Of a stretch of 64,000 bases of DNA, positions 11,011-24,065 are shown piece by piece (positions within the stretch are counted from its first letter, which is position 1; every line of letters starts with the position of its first letter). Origin of the DNA: Octopus sinensis (lineage: Eukaryota); NCBI RefSeq assembly GCF_006345805.1, contig NC_043005.1, forward strand, positions 57,412,001-57,476,000, given 5' to 3'. Position numbers and translations under genes: made by a program. The notes beneath the pieces were generated by a model. The model was not told the origin of the DNA, made no database searches, and worked only from the letters and a program-made list of their open reading frames with translations.

Positions 11011-11312
11011 ACATGTAAAAGCACCATCCGTTCGTGTCCGTTGCCAGCCTCGCCTGGCCCCCGTGCCGGTGACACGTAAAAGCACCATCCGTTTGTGGCT
11101 GTTTGCCAGCTCTGTCTGGCACCTGTGCGGGTGGCACGTAAAAAGCACCCACTACACTCACGGAGTGGTTGGCGTTAGGAAGGGCATCCAGCCGTAGAAA
11201 CACTGCCAGATCTGACTGGGCCTGATGAAGCCTTCCAGCTTCACAGGCCCCAGTTGAACCGTCCAACCCATGCTAGCATGGAGAACGGATGCTAAATGAT
11301 GATGATGATCAT
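11008..11312 (+). mobile_element. RTE 3' UTR fragment
   Basis: Repeated gtaaaaagcacc modules then conserved terminus and (GAT)n. Confidence 0.88.
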
Positions 11313-11346
11313 CATCATCATTATTATTATTATTATTATTATTCAG

Positions 11347-11573
11347 GTTGTTAAGAGCACAGGGTACTAAACCCAAGATTCCGAGTTTGATTTCAGGCAG
11401 TGACCTGAATAATAATAATAACAACCTGGAAAAATACTTTAGGAATGAGAACCCAGGTTCAAAATTTCCCCAAGATACCTGATGAAGGCTGGAGGGTATA
11501 TCAGCCGAAACGTTGTGTAAACAACAAACAAGATGAGGACAAATATCTGTTACGTAAATGTAAATAATGTACA
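11347..11573 (+). mobile_element. tRNA-like head + (AAT)n + hammerhead-bearing body (SINE/retrozyme-like), copy B
   Basis: gttaagagc...gggtactaaaccc...ccgagtttgatttcagg resembles tRNA D/anticodon/T arms with a degenerate B box; followed by hammerhead at 11474-11518. Confidence 0.6.
11474..11518 (+). ncRNA. Minimal type I hammerhead ribozyme motif
   Basis: GAUAC-CUGAUGA-A-GGCUG(GAGGGUAUAU)CAGCC-GAAA-C-GUU-GUGU: canonical core, 5-bp helix II, palindromic helix III. Confidence 0.75.
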
Positions 11574-12504
11574 CTTTGTGAAATTTGTTCTTTAAAGAAC
11601 TGCATTTTCTGACCCTAGAAAACGTAAAATGCGACATGGAGCAGGGGTGTGGAGAGTAATGATGATGATGGTATTGTGATGGTGGTAGTGGTATTGATGA
11701 CGGATGTGTTGATGGTAGTAGTGGCAGTGGTGGTGGCATTGCTAGTGATGTTGTTTATGATTGTGATATTGGTGATGGTGCTTGTGCTGTTGTTGATGGT
11801 ATCAATGCTTCTACTGTTATTACTAAACCACTGTCTACCGTATTGCTTGCTCACTTGCACATCGGCTGTCTGCGTAGTAGCAGAAATTCATTCATTCCGA
11901 CTCTAACTGGCCAATGACAGTTTGATGGTCGGCTGGCCGGCTTGACTGCCCAACCACCAGGATATCCAAAGAGGCTGTCCTCAGCTGGCCAGCCAGGCCG
12001 GGTTGGCTGATTATAGCCCAACTGCTGGCTGTGGATGTTGTTAGCAGGTGGAGAGGTTTTCGGCAAAGGTTTTCCCTAACTTGTTTGTGTGTGTGTGTGG
12101 TAAAGGTTTTAATGAGGTAGGTGGCTGACACAGATGCTGGTAAGAGATTGCTGGTTTGCATGGATGGATGGTTGGGTTGAGAAAATGAAGTTGGCAGTGG
12201 AGGGTGGCAGGTGATTGTTTGCTATATGAATGGACTTGATTGTTGACTGCTGAACTTGTTGGAATGTATTGATCTCAGTACTAGTAGTAGTAGTGATGGT
12301 GGTGGTGTTTGTTCTCTTTTGAAAACAGCAAGGAACCAGACAAATAAATAGATGGAATAACAGCAGCAGCAATATGGTTTCTTTGTATTTTAGGTTTCCT
12401 GTTTTGGGGTTTGTCTTGTTGGAGAGCAAGTGTGAGGAAATTACCAGAAAGAAAACACAGAATGTATCTTTGGCTCTGGCCAGGTCTTAAGTTGCCTTTC
12501 ACTG

Positions 12505-12714
12505 GTAGTCTTTATAGTACTACTACTACTACAGCATAAATACCACCACTGCCACTATAGACACCACTATTACCATTGCACCAACACCACCACAGCATAA
12601 ACAGCAGCAGCACATCAATACCACTGACAAACCATAAATATTTCCACCACCACCACCTCAGCATAAACAGCTGCACCAACAACAGCACCATCATCACTAC
12701 ACAAACACTACCAT

Positions 12715-12781
<67 letters not shown>

Positions 12782-13136
12782 ACATAATAGCAGAATCTTC
12801 TGCAATACTCATCCACTTCACCACCCCTATCACCACCACCCCATCACACCACCACCACCACCACCACCCACAGTTAATATGGTGTAAGATGCTTTAGTTA
12901 AAATGAATGGTTTCAACAGCTGTTTGGCTGAATTGTTCTGCATCAAAGTAAAATAAACAAACTCCTAATCTATCGTAATTTATAATTATTATTATTATTA
13001 TTACTATATTGTTGTTGTTGTCACCATCATCATTATTATCATTATTATTATTATCATTATTATTATTATTATTATTATTACTATATTGTTGTTGTTGTCA
13101 TCATCATCATCATCATTATTATTGTCATTATTATTA

Positions 13137-13225
<89 letters not shown>
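12505..13225. repeat. Trinucleotide microsatellite cluster (ACC, ACT, CAG, ATT, ATC)
   Basis: Direct reading of the repeats. Confidence 0.95.
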
Positions 13226-13811
13226 TACTGAAGCAGGTGCTAATATGCAGCTGTGTATTTTAAAATTAAAAACTGTAACATAATTTGAATAATTTTTTTT
13301 TTTTTTTACTTTTTGTATATAGAAATTGTGATTTTCGTTTTGATAAAGGCTCCAAGACATGGGATGGTTGCTAACCTCAACATTCCCCCCCCCCCTTTTC
13401 TTTCAAAACAGGGAAGATTAAAAAAATAAGCTGTGAGGCCTCTTTTATTTAATTATTTTATTTCGACATTAGAAATTACTGTTGCAGAAATTAGTAGAAG
13501 CAACTGATTAACATGTTCCCTTCTTTTCCCTACCCATTCCACCCCAAACCATTCCTTGCTCTCCTATATGGGTAGTTAGTTACATTCTTTTTTGTTATAT
13601 GTGTGTGTGTGTGTGTGTGTATATATATGTATATATACGTGTGTGTATATATATATATTTGTGTGTGTGTGTATATACGTGTGTGTATTTATATATATAT
13701 TGTGTGTGTGTGTGTATATGTGTATGTGTATATTTCATTTCATTTCATTGAAATGAAATATACACATACACATATATACACACACACACAAATATATATA
13801 TAAATACACAC

Positions 13812-13842
<31 letters not shown>

Positions 13843-13898
13843 TTTATATATGCTTTTTAGATCATATTCCACTTGAAATTATATTTACATACATATAT

Positions 13899-14295
13899 GA
13901 GTGGCTTTGTGGTAAGTAGCTTGTTTAACAACCACATGGTTCCGGGTTCAGTCCCACTGCATGGCACCTTGGGCAAGTGTCTTCTACTATAGCCTCGGGC
14001 CGACCAAAGCCTTGTGAGTGGATTTGGTAGACGGAAACTGAAAGAAGCCCGTTGTATATATGTATATATATATATGTGTGTGCGTGTATGTTTGTGTGTC
14101 TGTGTTTGTCCCCCTAGCATTGCTTGACAACCGATGCTGGTGTGTTTATGTCCCTGTCACTTAGCGGTTCGGCAAAAGAGACTGATAGATTAAGTACTGG
14201 GCTTACAAAGAATAAGTCCCGGGGTTGAGTTGCTTGATTAAAGGCGGTGCTCTAGCATGGCTGCAGTCAAATGACTGAAACAAGTAAAAAAGAAA
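13899..14295 (+). mobile_element. SINE family A, complete
   Basis: gagtggctttgtggtaag head, B box ggttcagtccc, CORE-like segment, internal TA/TG tract, tail ggcggtgctctagcatggctgcagtcaaatgactgaaacaag. Confidence 0.9.
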
Positions 14296-14314
14296 AAAAA
14301 AGATATGAATTTTA

Positions 14315-14640
14315 TCATCATCATCGTTTAATATCCGTTTTCCATGCTGGCATGGGCTGGACAGTTTGACTGTGTATACTATTAATCTGGGGAGCTGCAT
14401 CAGGTTCCGCTTTTATAGCAGGACACTCTTCCTAATGCTAACCACTCCAAGAGTGTAGTTGGTGCTTTTTCGTTGCTATCAGCACGGGTGCCAGTTACAT
14501 AATACCAGCATCAGCCATGACTATGATTTCACTTGGTTTGACAGGTCTTTGCAGGTACAACATATCACCCAACGTTCAAAGGGTGCCTTTTATGTGCCAC
14601 TGGCGCAGGTACCAGCTACGGGTGCCAGTTATGCAATTTC
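14315..14640 (-). mobile_element. Decayed RTE 3' UTR
   Basis: atcatcatcatcgtttaatatccgttttccatgctggcatggg is the reverse complement of the RTE terminus. Confidence 0.75.
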
Positions 14641-15222
14641 CTAGAGCAGAAAATGGTTGGAGTTTCAAGTTGGGTTTCATTCTCCTTTTTTTTTTTTTCT
14701 GCAACTGTCAAAGAATTCAATATTCTTTAATAATCCATTTCTATCTGCTGCTTTCATTGTCACTCTCTCTTGTATGTTGTATATAAAGGTAAGATCCCAG
14801 GATCAAAGTGTAGCAAGATAGTAAGCTTCAAGCAGTCTGTAGAAGGTATAAAAAGCAACTTTCAGGAACAATAGTGGTTTGTTGACATAGAATATTGTAA
14901 ATTTTTCCCAACGGCGGTGCATCAGCATGGCTGCAGCTCTGAGCTGAGACTAGAGAGAAAAAAAAATATCAAAGTTTGATAAAAAAATTGTTCTATAACT
15001 TACAGTTAGTAAGGGTTGCTGTGTATGTGAATAGAAATTCAAAATTAAGGAGTGGTGTAGATAAAATCCAGACTAAATATGTTTCATAGTGAGCAGAAAC
15101 TCAGAAATAGTAATTATCCAAATGAGGAGCCAAAGATACTTTAATCAAAAGAAGTTTATATTGTTGTCAAGGGATTATGTTGACTTGCAAGAGATTCTAT
15201 TGAAAATATCTATCTATATATT

Positions 15223-15598
15223 GGTTGTGTGGTAAGTAGCTTGCTTACTAACCACATGGTCCCGGGTTCAGTCCCACTGTGTGGCACCTTTGGGCAAGTG
15301 TCTTCTACTATAGCCTCGGGCCGACCAAAGCTTGTGAATGGATTTGGTAGACAGAAACTGAAAGAAGCCTGTCATATATGTATATGTTTGTGTGTCTGTA
15401 TTTGTCCCACCCAGACACACACCATCGCTTGACAACTGATATTGGTGTGTTTATGTCCCCGTAACTTAGCAGTTCAGCAACAGAGACCCATAGAATAAGT
15501 GCTAGGCTTACAAAGAATAAGTCCTGAGGTTGATTTGTCTGACTAAAGGTGGTGCTCCAGTTTGGCCACAGTCAAATGACTGAAACAAATAAAAGAAT
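15223..15598 (+). mobile_element. SINE family A
   Basis: Head, CORE-like segment and tail as in 13899-14295. Confidence 0.88.
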
Positions 15599-15645
15599 AT
15601 ATATATATCATCATCATCATCATCGTTTAGCGTCCGCTTTCCATG

Positions 15646-15680
<35 letters not shown>

Positions 15681-15683
<3 letters not shown>

Positions 15684-15991
15684 TGACACTAAATATGAGT
15701 AGGGTGCAAGAACACCTACATTGCTAGAAATAAGAGCTAAAATGCTCTAGGGCTGTAGTTAAAGCACATAATTGTATACATATGTACTGACAAGAACTGT
15801 AATCGCCTGAAAACACTAGTCAAGAACTCCTTATACTGATCAGTCAGTCTCAGCTAATTCCATAGCCTCATCTGTACCTGAAAACATAGTTCCTGTCAGT
15901 ACATATGTATACAATTATGTTTTTAGAGCATTTTAGCTCTTATTTCTAGCAATGTAGTGTTCTGACACCCTAGTCCTATTTAGTGACAATT
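15681..15991. mobile_element. Foldback/MITE-like element with ~105-120 bp inverted arms
   Basis: aattgacactaaata...tactgacaagaact pairs with agttcctgtcagtac...tatttagtgacaatt around a ~90 bp loop. Confidence 0.8.
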
Positions 15992-16042
15992 GCAGTTTTC
16001 CTTTTTGGTAACACATTGCACAGTTGTATATTTTAATTTTAT

Positions 16043-16130
16043 ATGGCACCTTGGGCAAGTGTCTTCTTCTATAGCCTTGGGCCTACCAAAGCCTTGTGAG
16101 TGGATTTGGTAGATGGAAACTGAAAGAAGC

Positions 16131-16177
<47 letters not shown>

Positions 16178-16377
16178 GTGTGTGTGTGTGTATTTGTCCC
16201 CCCAACATCACTTGACAACTGATGGTGGTGTGTTTACGTCCCCGTTATTTAGCAATTCAGCAAAAGGGACCAATGGAATAAGTACTAGGCTTACAAAGAA
16301 TAAGTCCTGGGGTTGATTTGTTCGACTAAAAGTGATGCTCCAGCATGACCACAGTCAAATGACTGAAACAAATAAAA

Positions 16378-16380
<3 letters not shown>
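16043..16380 (+). mobile_element. SINE family A, 5'-truncated
   Basis: Starts at ggcaccttgggcaagtg; standard tail. Confidence 0.85.
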
Positions 16381-16412
<32 letters not shown>

Positions 16413-16752
16413 CACCCTTTACTGTTCCTTTTTCCAAGCTGGCGTGTGTTGAATGTTTTGACGTGCATTGACCAGCCAGAAGGGTACACTCAGTCCCAGT
16501 GTCTGCTTTGGGATGGCTTCTAGAGCTGGATGACCTTCCCAATGTCAGTCACTTTACAGAGCAGTCTGGGTACTTTCTCTCATGGTACCAGTATTGCCAG
16601 GGAAGCGGGGGCGGTCTTCAAGTACCTGCAAGACAAGATCCCTCAGATGCATTTGTGTATGGTAATGAGGGATATGAAAGTATGATAGGTGGACAGGAGT
16701 TGATGTCTTGCTCAAGGTACAAGGTGAATATGTGAAAGAAAATGAGATAGAC

Positions 16753-16923
16753 CAGTGCTCTGCAACCGGTGTGCCATAGCACATTGGTGTGCCATGAGTG
16801 CCACAGTGTAACCTAAATATAATTTTTTCCCCTATACTTCTAGTTATATTTTTAGTTCAGGTGTGCCACAGAATTTTGAAAAGAATCTAAGTGTACCGCA
16901 AGTGAAAAAGGTTGTGGAACACA
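16753..16923. mobile_element. Possible hAT-type MITE
   Basis: Imperfect TIRs cagtgctctgcaacc / ggttgtggaacac; internal gtgtgcc repeats. Confidence 0.45.
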
Positions 16924-17104
16924 CACATACATACACATATTGACTTCAGTCAGAACTTTACAAAGAAGCTATCTCTTTCTCTGTGTTTTCACTAATATCT
17001 TCAGAGGCTAGAATAGTTGTTAAATAAAATCCAACAATATTTATTGTTTATTTTTTTAATTTTATTTATTCATTCATTTATTATATATTATTATTATTAT
17101 TATT

Positions 17105-19822
17105 ATTATTATTTTTGATTGATTGATTGATTCTAGTTTCAGCTTATGAGCTGTGGCCATGCTGGGGCACCGCCATTTGGTGTTGCTACTTGGTTTCACT
17201 TCATGGAGGCTTTCTAGCAACTGCTATTTGGTGCATGAGAGAGTTCGATGCAGCTGCCCTCATCTGCCCCTCCTGCCGTGAAGTTGGTTCATCTGGGACA
17301 CCTGACAGGAAGAGATCCAGCTTCATTTTAAAGACATCTGTATCCACCCCATGCAGGTCTCTCAGGTTCTTCGGGAGGATATTGAAGAGCTGTGGGCCTC
17401 GGAAGCCCAGGCTATCACAGAATCTTGTCCTACATCTTGATGGCAGGTTTGGAGTCCTAGGCACCACGCAGTGGCGCCCAGTTCTGGCATTTGCGTAACT
17501 CTCGATGCCAAAGTCAGGACACTTCCCTCCAGGATCTTCCAGATGTATATTATGGCATATCTTTCCGCCTACGCTCCAGGGAATATAATTTTAATCTCTT
17601 GAGTCTTTCCCAGTAGCTTACATTCTGCATAGAGGCTATCTTCTTTGTGTAGCTTCGTTGGATCGCCTCAAGTTCTGTGATCAACTTGACACTGGATGGT
17701 GACCATAGCTGAGAGCAATAGTCAAAGTGGCTTAGGACAAGTGTCTTCCAGAGGACCATCATGGTTTCTTGTTCTCTTGTTCTAAAGGTTCTAAGAATCC
17801 ATCCAGCCAGCCGTCTACATTTCATTGTCAGTTTAGCAACATGTACATGAAAGGTCGCGTCATCACTCATGTGAATACCCAGGTCACGCACTGATTGTGC
17901 CTCTGGGATTGCAATCCCTCCGGGTCCAGTGTATTCATTGGGTATTGCATTCAGTTTTGCATGCTGATAGTATAAAGCTTGAAACTTTCCAGCATTGAAC
18001 TGCATGCTATTCTTTTCAGCCCACTTGTATATTTCGTCCAGCTCACATTGCAGGTGTTTAGTGTCCTCAGGGTTCTGTATTGCTGTGAAACTTTTGTATC
18101 ATCTGCATAACTTGTGATCGTGGCTCTCTGCGTGGCTGAGGGCATGTCTGAGAGGGCCATTATGAACAGTAGTGGTCCCAGAACAGTGCCCTGCGGAACA
18201 CCGCTCACTATTTGTGTGTTAATGGAGGTGGCCCCATTGGCTACTACCACCTGACTTCTATCCTTCAGAAAGTCATGAAGCCATTCTCCCAGTTTTCCAA
18301 CTATGTTGAGATCACGCAGTTTGTGACATATCATTCCATGATCGACTTTATCAAAGGCCTTTGCAAAGTCGAGATATATCACTTCCACATTTGAGTGGTT
18401 GAGCAGCCGTTTCAGCACCCAGTCATAGTGTTGTAGGAGCTGAGTTAAACAGCTTCTCCCTGGTCGGAAACCATGTTGGGTGTCGGGCAGCAAGTCATTC
18501 TCTTCAAGGAAGGTGATCAGCTTCCTTCTGACTATTCGTTCCATGACCTTGCTGATGTGTGAGGTCAGAGAGATAGGTCTATAGTTCTTGGCTTCCGCTC
18601 TGCTACCTCCTTTATGAATGGGGCATATTTTACCTTCCTTCAGTTTTCCTGGAAGTTTGCCAGCTGCAAGGAAGCTCTGAAAGAGGAACTGCAGTGGTCT
18701 TGCTAGGACTCTCTTACATGCTTTTAGGAGGATTGCCGGAATCCATCGGGGCCAGTAGCTGAGTCTGTTTTCATTTCATCTATAGCCTTGGTTACATCGT
18801 CTTCCTTTATATCGATGTAATCTATCGTCGCCGCCTCTGATTTTATATCTGCAGTGGTAAAAAAGTCAGTTGGATTGGTGATTTGGAGATGCCCAAGGGG
18901 TGGAGTGAAAACACTCTTGAATTGCTCATTCAGTATTTCACTTACCCTCATTGGTTTTCCTGTAAGTGTGCCATCCTTTTCGAGGAGTGGCCCTATTCTA
19001 CAGTGCACTGTAGCTGTTTCTTTGGCATACCTGTAGAAAGCTCTGGGGTTAGATTTTATGTTTTCTATAGCCCAGGCTTCTTTGTCTGCTCTTTCTTTTT
19101 CATGGGAGAGTTGCAGACATTTTTCGATTTCCAACAGTTTTTTTTTAGGCGGGACTTTTCACTGCTTTCAATCTGTTTGTTTAGGCGATTTGAAAATTTC
19201 GTACGCCGTCTCATTAAAATTTTCCTCTCTCTGGGGATTTTGTTCTTGTGTACAGTGGCCTTTCTCTCTGGGACACATTTGTAGCATATGGCTTGCATTA
19301 CAGACATGAATTGTTGAAGTTTCACGTCGATGTCTGGCGAGGAGAGACATTTAGGCCAGTTTTTGTTTGGGGATCTCTTTCTCAATTTGTTTCCAGTTTG
19401 CCTTATGGTAGTTCAAGCTGGAAAGATTTTGAGGGTTTCTTGTAGGCTGCATGTCCGTGCTCTCTTTTGGCCCGTACATGGTCAGCTCTATCATGTTGTG
19501 ATCCGAGAGTAGTGTCGGTGTCACTTTCACATTATGGATGAGATCCATGTCATTTGTGAAGCAGAGATCCAGTGTGTTACCTGCCCTGGTTGGTTGGAGT
19601 ATTACCTGCTCCATGTACAGGGTGTTGATGAGGTTCAGGAGGGACCTCGCCTGTCCTCGTTCACATCTTGTCATTCCTGGGAGAGAAAGGCCCTCGGGCC
19701 ATCTGACATTGGGCAGATTGAAGTCTCCCATAAGAAGCACACCTATGTGTTGTTCTAATGTGGTTAGAATTTCTTCTATTTTTATAAGGCAGTCTTCAAA
19801 CTTGCCCACATGGCTTGGGGCA
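17105..19822 (-). mobile_element. 5'-truncated, frameshifted CR1-clade LINE (APE C-half + RT + 3' tail)
   Basis: Staggered minus-strand ORFs give LMGDFNLP, LDLCFTN, LSDHN, QHGFRPGRSCLTQLL, YLDFAKAFDKVDH, SGVPQGTVLGPLLF, YADDTK, DYCSQLWSP, YSLERRR; about five frameshifts; (AATC)n/(AAT)n tail. Confidence 0.92.
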
Positions 19823-20419
19823 TAATTATTATTATTATTTTTTTTTTTTTTTTTGAAAGAAACCATCAAAACAACACTGAAAGGAAAAATATTTCTAAAT
19901 CACAAGAAACAATAATTTTAACCATATTTGGGGGAAAAAAACATGAAAGGCTTTCGAAAAAGACAAAAAAAAAGGGAAAAAAATGACCATTCATTTTCAT
20001 ATAAGAGTTGTAGTATGAATAGAAGTGATGGAAAATTTATGTCAGAAAATCATCACCATACCATGAATACCATCAATGGTCATAATTTCAAAGCAGTAAG
20101 AACAATAACTTTAAGGCAGATAATACATCATAAAAACAAGCAAATTAACAGTAATAATTTTAAAATTCTATGGAAATAGGTTATTCTAAAATATTGATCT
20201 CTTATATCCATTCAATGTTACTTGTAACTAGTAGTTTATTGCATTATTAAAAGCTGTTCTGTTTAAGAAGGCAACTAAATTTTTGCAAAATATTAGGTTT
20301 AATTCAGTTAGATTGAATTTGTGTGCGTGCGTACATAAATGGGTGTGTTCAGTGCACGACATATTGTTTAGGTTTCACCTCTTATATGTAATTGCATTGA
20401 GCTTACTCTGTTGCACTCA

Positions 20420-20908
20420 CCACAACTACTCCTCACTCGCGACAACCACTCCTCACTCGCCACGGCCACCATTCCTCACTCGCCACGGCCACCATTCCTC
20501 ACTCGCCACGGCCACCATTCCTCACTCGCCACGGCCACCATTCCTCACTCGCCACGGCCACCATTCCTCACTCGCCACGGCCACCATTCCTCACTTGGCC
20601 ACGGCCACCATTCCTCACTTGGCCACGGCCACTATTCCTCACTCGCCAAGACCACCATTCCTCACTCACAACAACAACCATTCCTCACTCGCCACGGCCA
20701 CTATTCCTCACTCGCCAAGACCACCATTCCTCACTCACAATAACAACCATTCTTCACTCGCCACGACCACCATTCCTCATTCACCACAACCATCGTTCCT
20801 CACTTGTCGCAACCACCATTCCTCACTCGCCACAACCGCTCGTCACATCCCACGACTACCACTTGTCATGACCACCACTCATCACTCACCACTTTATTCA
20901 ATTGCATA
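20420..20908. repeat. 23-bp minisatellite block 1 (ccattcctcactcgccacggcca)n
   Basis: Direct tandem units with variants. Confidence 0.92.
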
Positions 20909-21274
20909 AGGTTCTTTGCAGTTCGGAAAGTGCTGTGACATAATAAAAAGATTATATCAGTAATGAAACAAAAAAGAAAAACAAAAAACATGGGCATGAA
21001 CTTTGTAATCCCTGTATTTCATCTTTTGCATGTTTTTTTTTTTTGTATTTGGTAATTAATCAATGATGTCACACTGTAATTACAATTCATGCATGCAATT
21101 TATTAAAGCAGTTCACTTAATTTTGCTGGACACATCCTTGAAATATTTCGACACAGTCTGAGGAAATATTCAGTAGGATTATGTATACTGCATTTATAGT
21201 GTGACATCATTAATTAATTATTGAACACAGAAACACAACAGATGTAATTAAGGAATACCAGGTTCATGCTCATG

Positions 21275-21339
<65 letters not shown>

Positions 21340-21804
21340 TACATATAAACACATACAAATAGACGTTCATGCATATGCACACGTATGTTATTGTAGATCT
21401 GGCAGAACCATTAGTATGAAGCAAAATAAAATACCCACTAATTGACTTAACGCTCCCTCCTGGTTTCTGGCCCTATGCCTATGTTGAAAATATTTTATTA
21501 TAATTAGGCAGAATCATTAGAATGTTCAAAACATGCCTTGTTGTATTTATTCTGGTTTAAATCTCACCAAAGTGAGCTCTGCTTTTTCATCATTTTCGGG
21601 TCGACAAGACTAAGTTCTAGTCTAGCACTAGAGTTGATACAATTGATTAATCTTTCCTCCCACTAAAAAAAAAAAAAAAAAAAAAAAAAAATTGCTGGCA
21701 CTGTGCCAAGATAAGAAACAATTATTAAGAGTGGCAAAAGTGGTAGACCATTTCCATGTCATATTGGGTTTGATTTACCACTCATCCCAAACATCATAGC
21801 TGTA

Positions 21805-22314
21805 ACCACCATTCCTCTGTCATCATAACCACCATTCCTCTGTCATCACAACCACCATTCCTCTGTCATCACAACCACCATTCCTCTGTCATCACAACCA
21901 CCATTCCTCTGTCATCACAACCACCATTCCTCTGTCATCACAACCACCATTCCTCTGTCATCACAACTACCATTCCGCTGTCATCACAACCACCATTCCT
22001 CACTTGCCATGACCACTCTTCACTCTCCATGACCACTCTTCACTCGCCACGACCACCATTCCTCACTTGCCACGACCACCATTCCTCACTTGCCACGACC
22101 ACCATTCCTCACTTGCCACAACCACCATTCCTCACTTGCCAAGACCACCATTCCTCACTCGCCACAACCACCTTTCCTCACTCTCCACAACCACCTTTCC
22201 TCACTCTCCACAACCACCTTTCCTCACTCGCCACAACCATTGTTCCTCACTCGCTGCAACCACCATTCCTTACTCGCCACAACCACTCATCACACCACTT
22301 TATTCAACTGCATA
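21805..22314. repeat. 23-bp minisatellite block 2 (ccattcctctgtcatcacaacca / ccattcctcacttgccacgacca)n
   Basis: Same unit length and ccattcct core as block 1; same terminal sequence. Confidence 0.92.
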
Positions 22315-23472
22315 CCAGTTGAACAAACAAAGAAGCCTCAACCTGGCTGTTTGACTTGCTAAAAACAGCGCCCAAATTGTCCTCCAGCTACCCCCAATCA
22401 CCTCACAAAAGGAGGAAGAACACCATTGCATTTGTATGAAAAAAGAAATGAGTTGGATGGTCATGGGTGGAATGTCATTGATCACAGGTCTGCAGAATCA
22501 TGGCTGAGTCAGGCTTAAACAACAACAGCAAGAAATAATCAGTATTACTGATATAGTGGGTTTGCATTTAACTATGTATATCTCCCCTTCTTCATCCCCA
22601 CCCACCCGTCCACCCACCCACCCGTCCACCCACCCACCCGTCCACCGACCTTAACTTTAAATATTGGCTTGATGCCCATTCCAATTGTTGTTGTTATTGA
22701 TATTCTAGAAGCATTCTTTGGTACATTTGCCAAAACCAATAACTAGATCTAACTGATCTTCATTGCCATAGCTATCATTACTACTACTACTACTACTACT
22801 CGACTATTATTACTACCATCACCTCTCCCTCCACCTCCACTACCACCACTACTATTATATCTTCACCCCCTTTTTTTTTTCATTACATCTACTATTACTA
22901 CCACCAACACTGCTGCTGCCACTACCACCTCCAGTACTCCTTCCATCACTACTACCGCTGATCTTCCTTTCACTATCAACAGTACTACCACTACCTCAGA
23001 ACTACTACTACTACTACTACTACAGCTACCACCACCACTACCACCACCACTACCACCACCACCACCATCACCATTAGTCGTTCTCTCATTAGCATCACCA
23101 GTACTTCCACCACCTTCAGTATTTATTTCTACTACCACTATTACTCCCATGTCTTCATTTGTCTCTCTGAACATTTCAAATATTTTCTTTGTATCGTATT
23201 TATTGTCCGTTTTCAGTCATTGGGCTGTGGCCATTCTGGAGCACTACCTTGAAGGGTTTTAGTCAAATCAAACTGACTTCAGTACTTACACTTTCTACTC
23301 CCCCCTCCCACCTTTTCTGAAAAAACAAAAATTTGGTGCATTTTCTATCGATTTCTTTCTGTTGCTAAATTGCTAAGTTATGGGGATGCAAACTAACCAA
23401 CACATGTTAAGTGGGATAGAGTGGGTGACAAACACAGACACATAGGTATACATACATATATAAATATATGTA

Positions 23473-23502
<30 letters not shown>

Positions 23503-23505
<3 letters not shown>

Positions 23506-23826
23506 GCATGGCTGTGTGGTAAGAAGTTTGCTTCCCAACCACATGGTTCCAGGTTCAGTCCCACTGCATAGCACCTTGTGAGTGTATTTGATAGATGGAA
23601 ACTGAAAGAAGCCATTTTATGTATATATATGCATTTATCTGTGTGTGTGTCTTCATGTCTGCGTTTGTCCACTCACCATTACTTGACCACTGATGTTGGT
23701 GTGTTTATGTCCCCATAACTTAGTGGTTCAGCTAATGAGACCAATGGAATAAGTACTAAGCCCTTTAAGGTGGTGCTCCAGCATGGCTACAGTCAAATGA
23801 CTGAAGCAAGTAAAAGAATCAAAGAA
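23503..23826 (+). mobile_element. SINE family A
   Basis: Head/CORE/tail recognisable with internal deletions. Confidence 0.8.
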
Positions 23827-23878
23827 TGAATATATATATATTTCGGCATCCGGAGGCTTCCACGAAACATTTTTGGAC

Positions 23879-24033
23879 ATAGGAGTGGCTCTGTGGTAAG
23901 TAGCTTGCTTACCAACCACATAGTTCAAGGTTCAGTCCCACTGCATGGGCAAGTGTCTTCTACTATAGCCTTGAGCTGACCAAAGCCTTGTAAGTGGATT
24001 TGGTAGACGGAAGCTGAAAGAAGCCCGTTGTAC

Positions 24034-24065
<32 letters not shown>

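Noticed and set aside
11850-12170. GC-richer unique segment with a CCAAT box as an exon or promoter
   Set aside because: No supported ORF or clear splice pair; insufficient evidence
20283-22362. His/Pro/Thr-rich ORFs and a CRISPR-like look of the 23-bp repeats
   Set aside because: Contiguous minisatellite with no unique spacers and no cas genes; the 23-nt period is not a multiple of three
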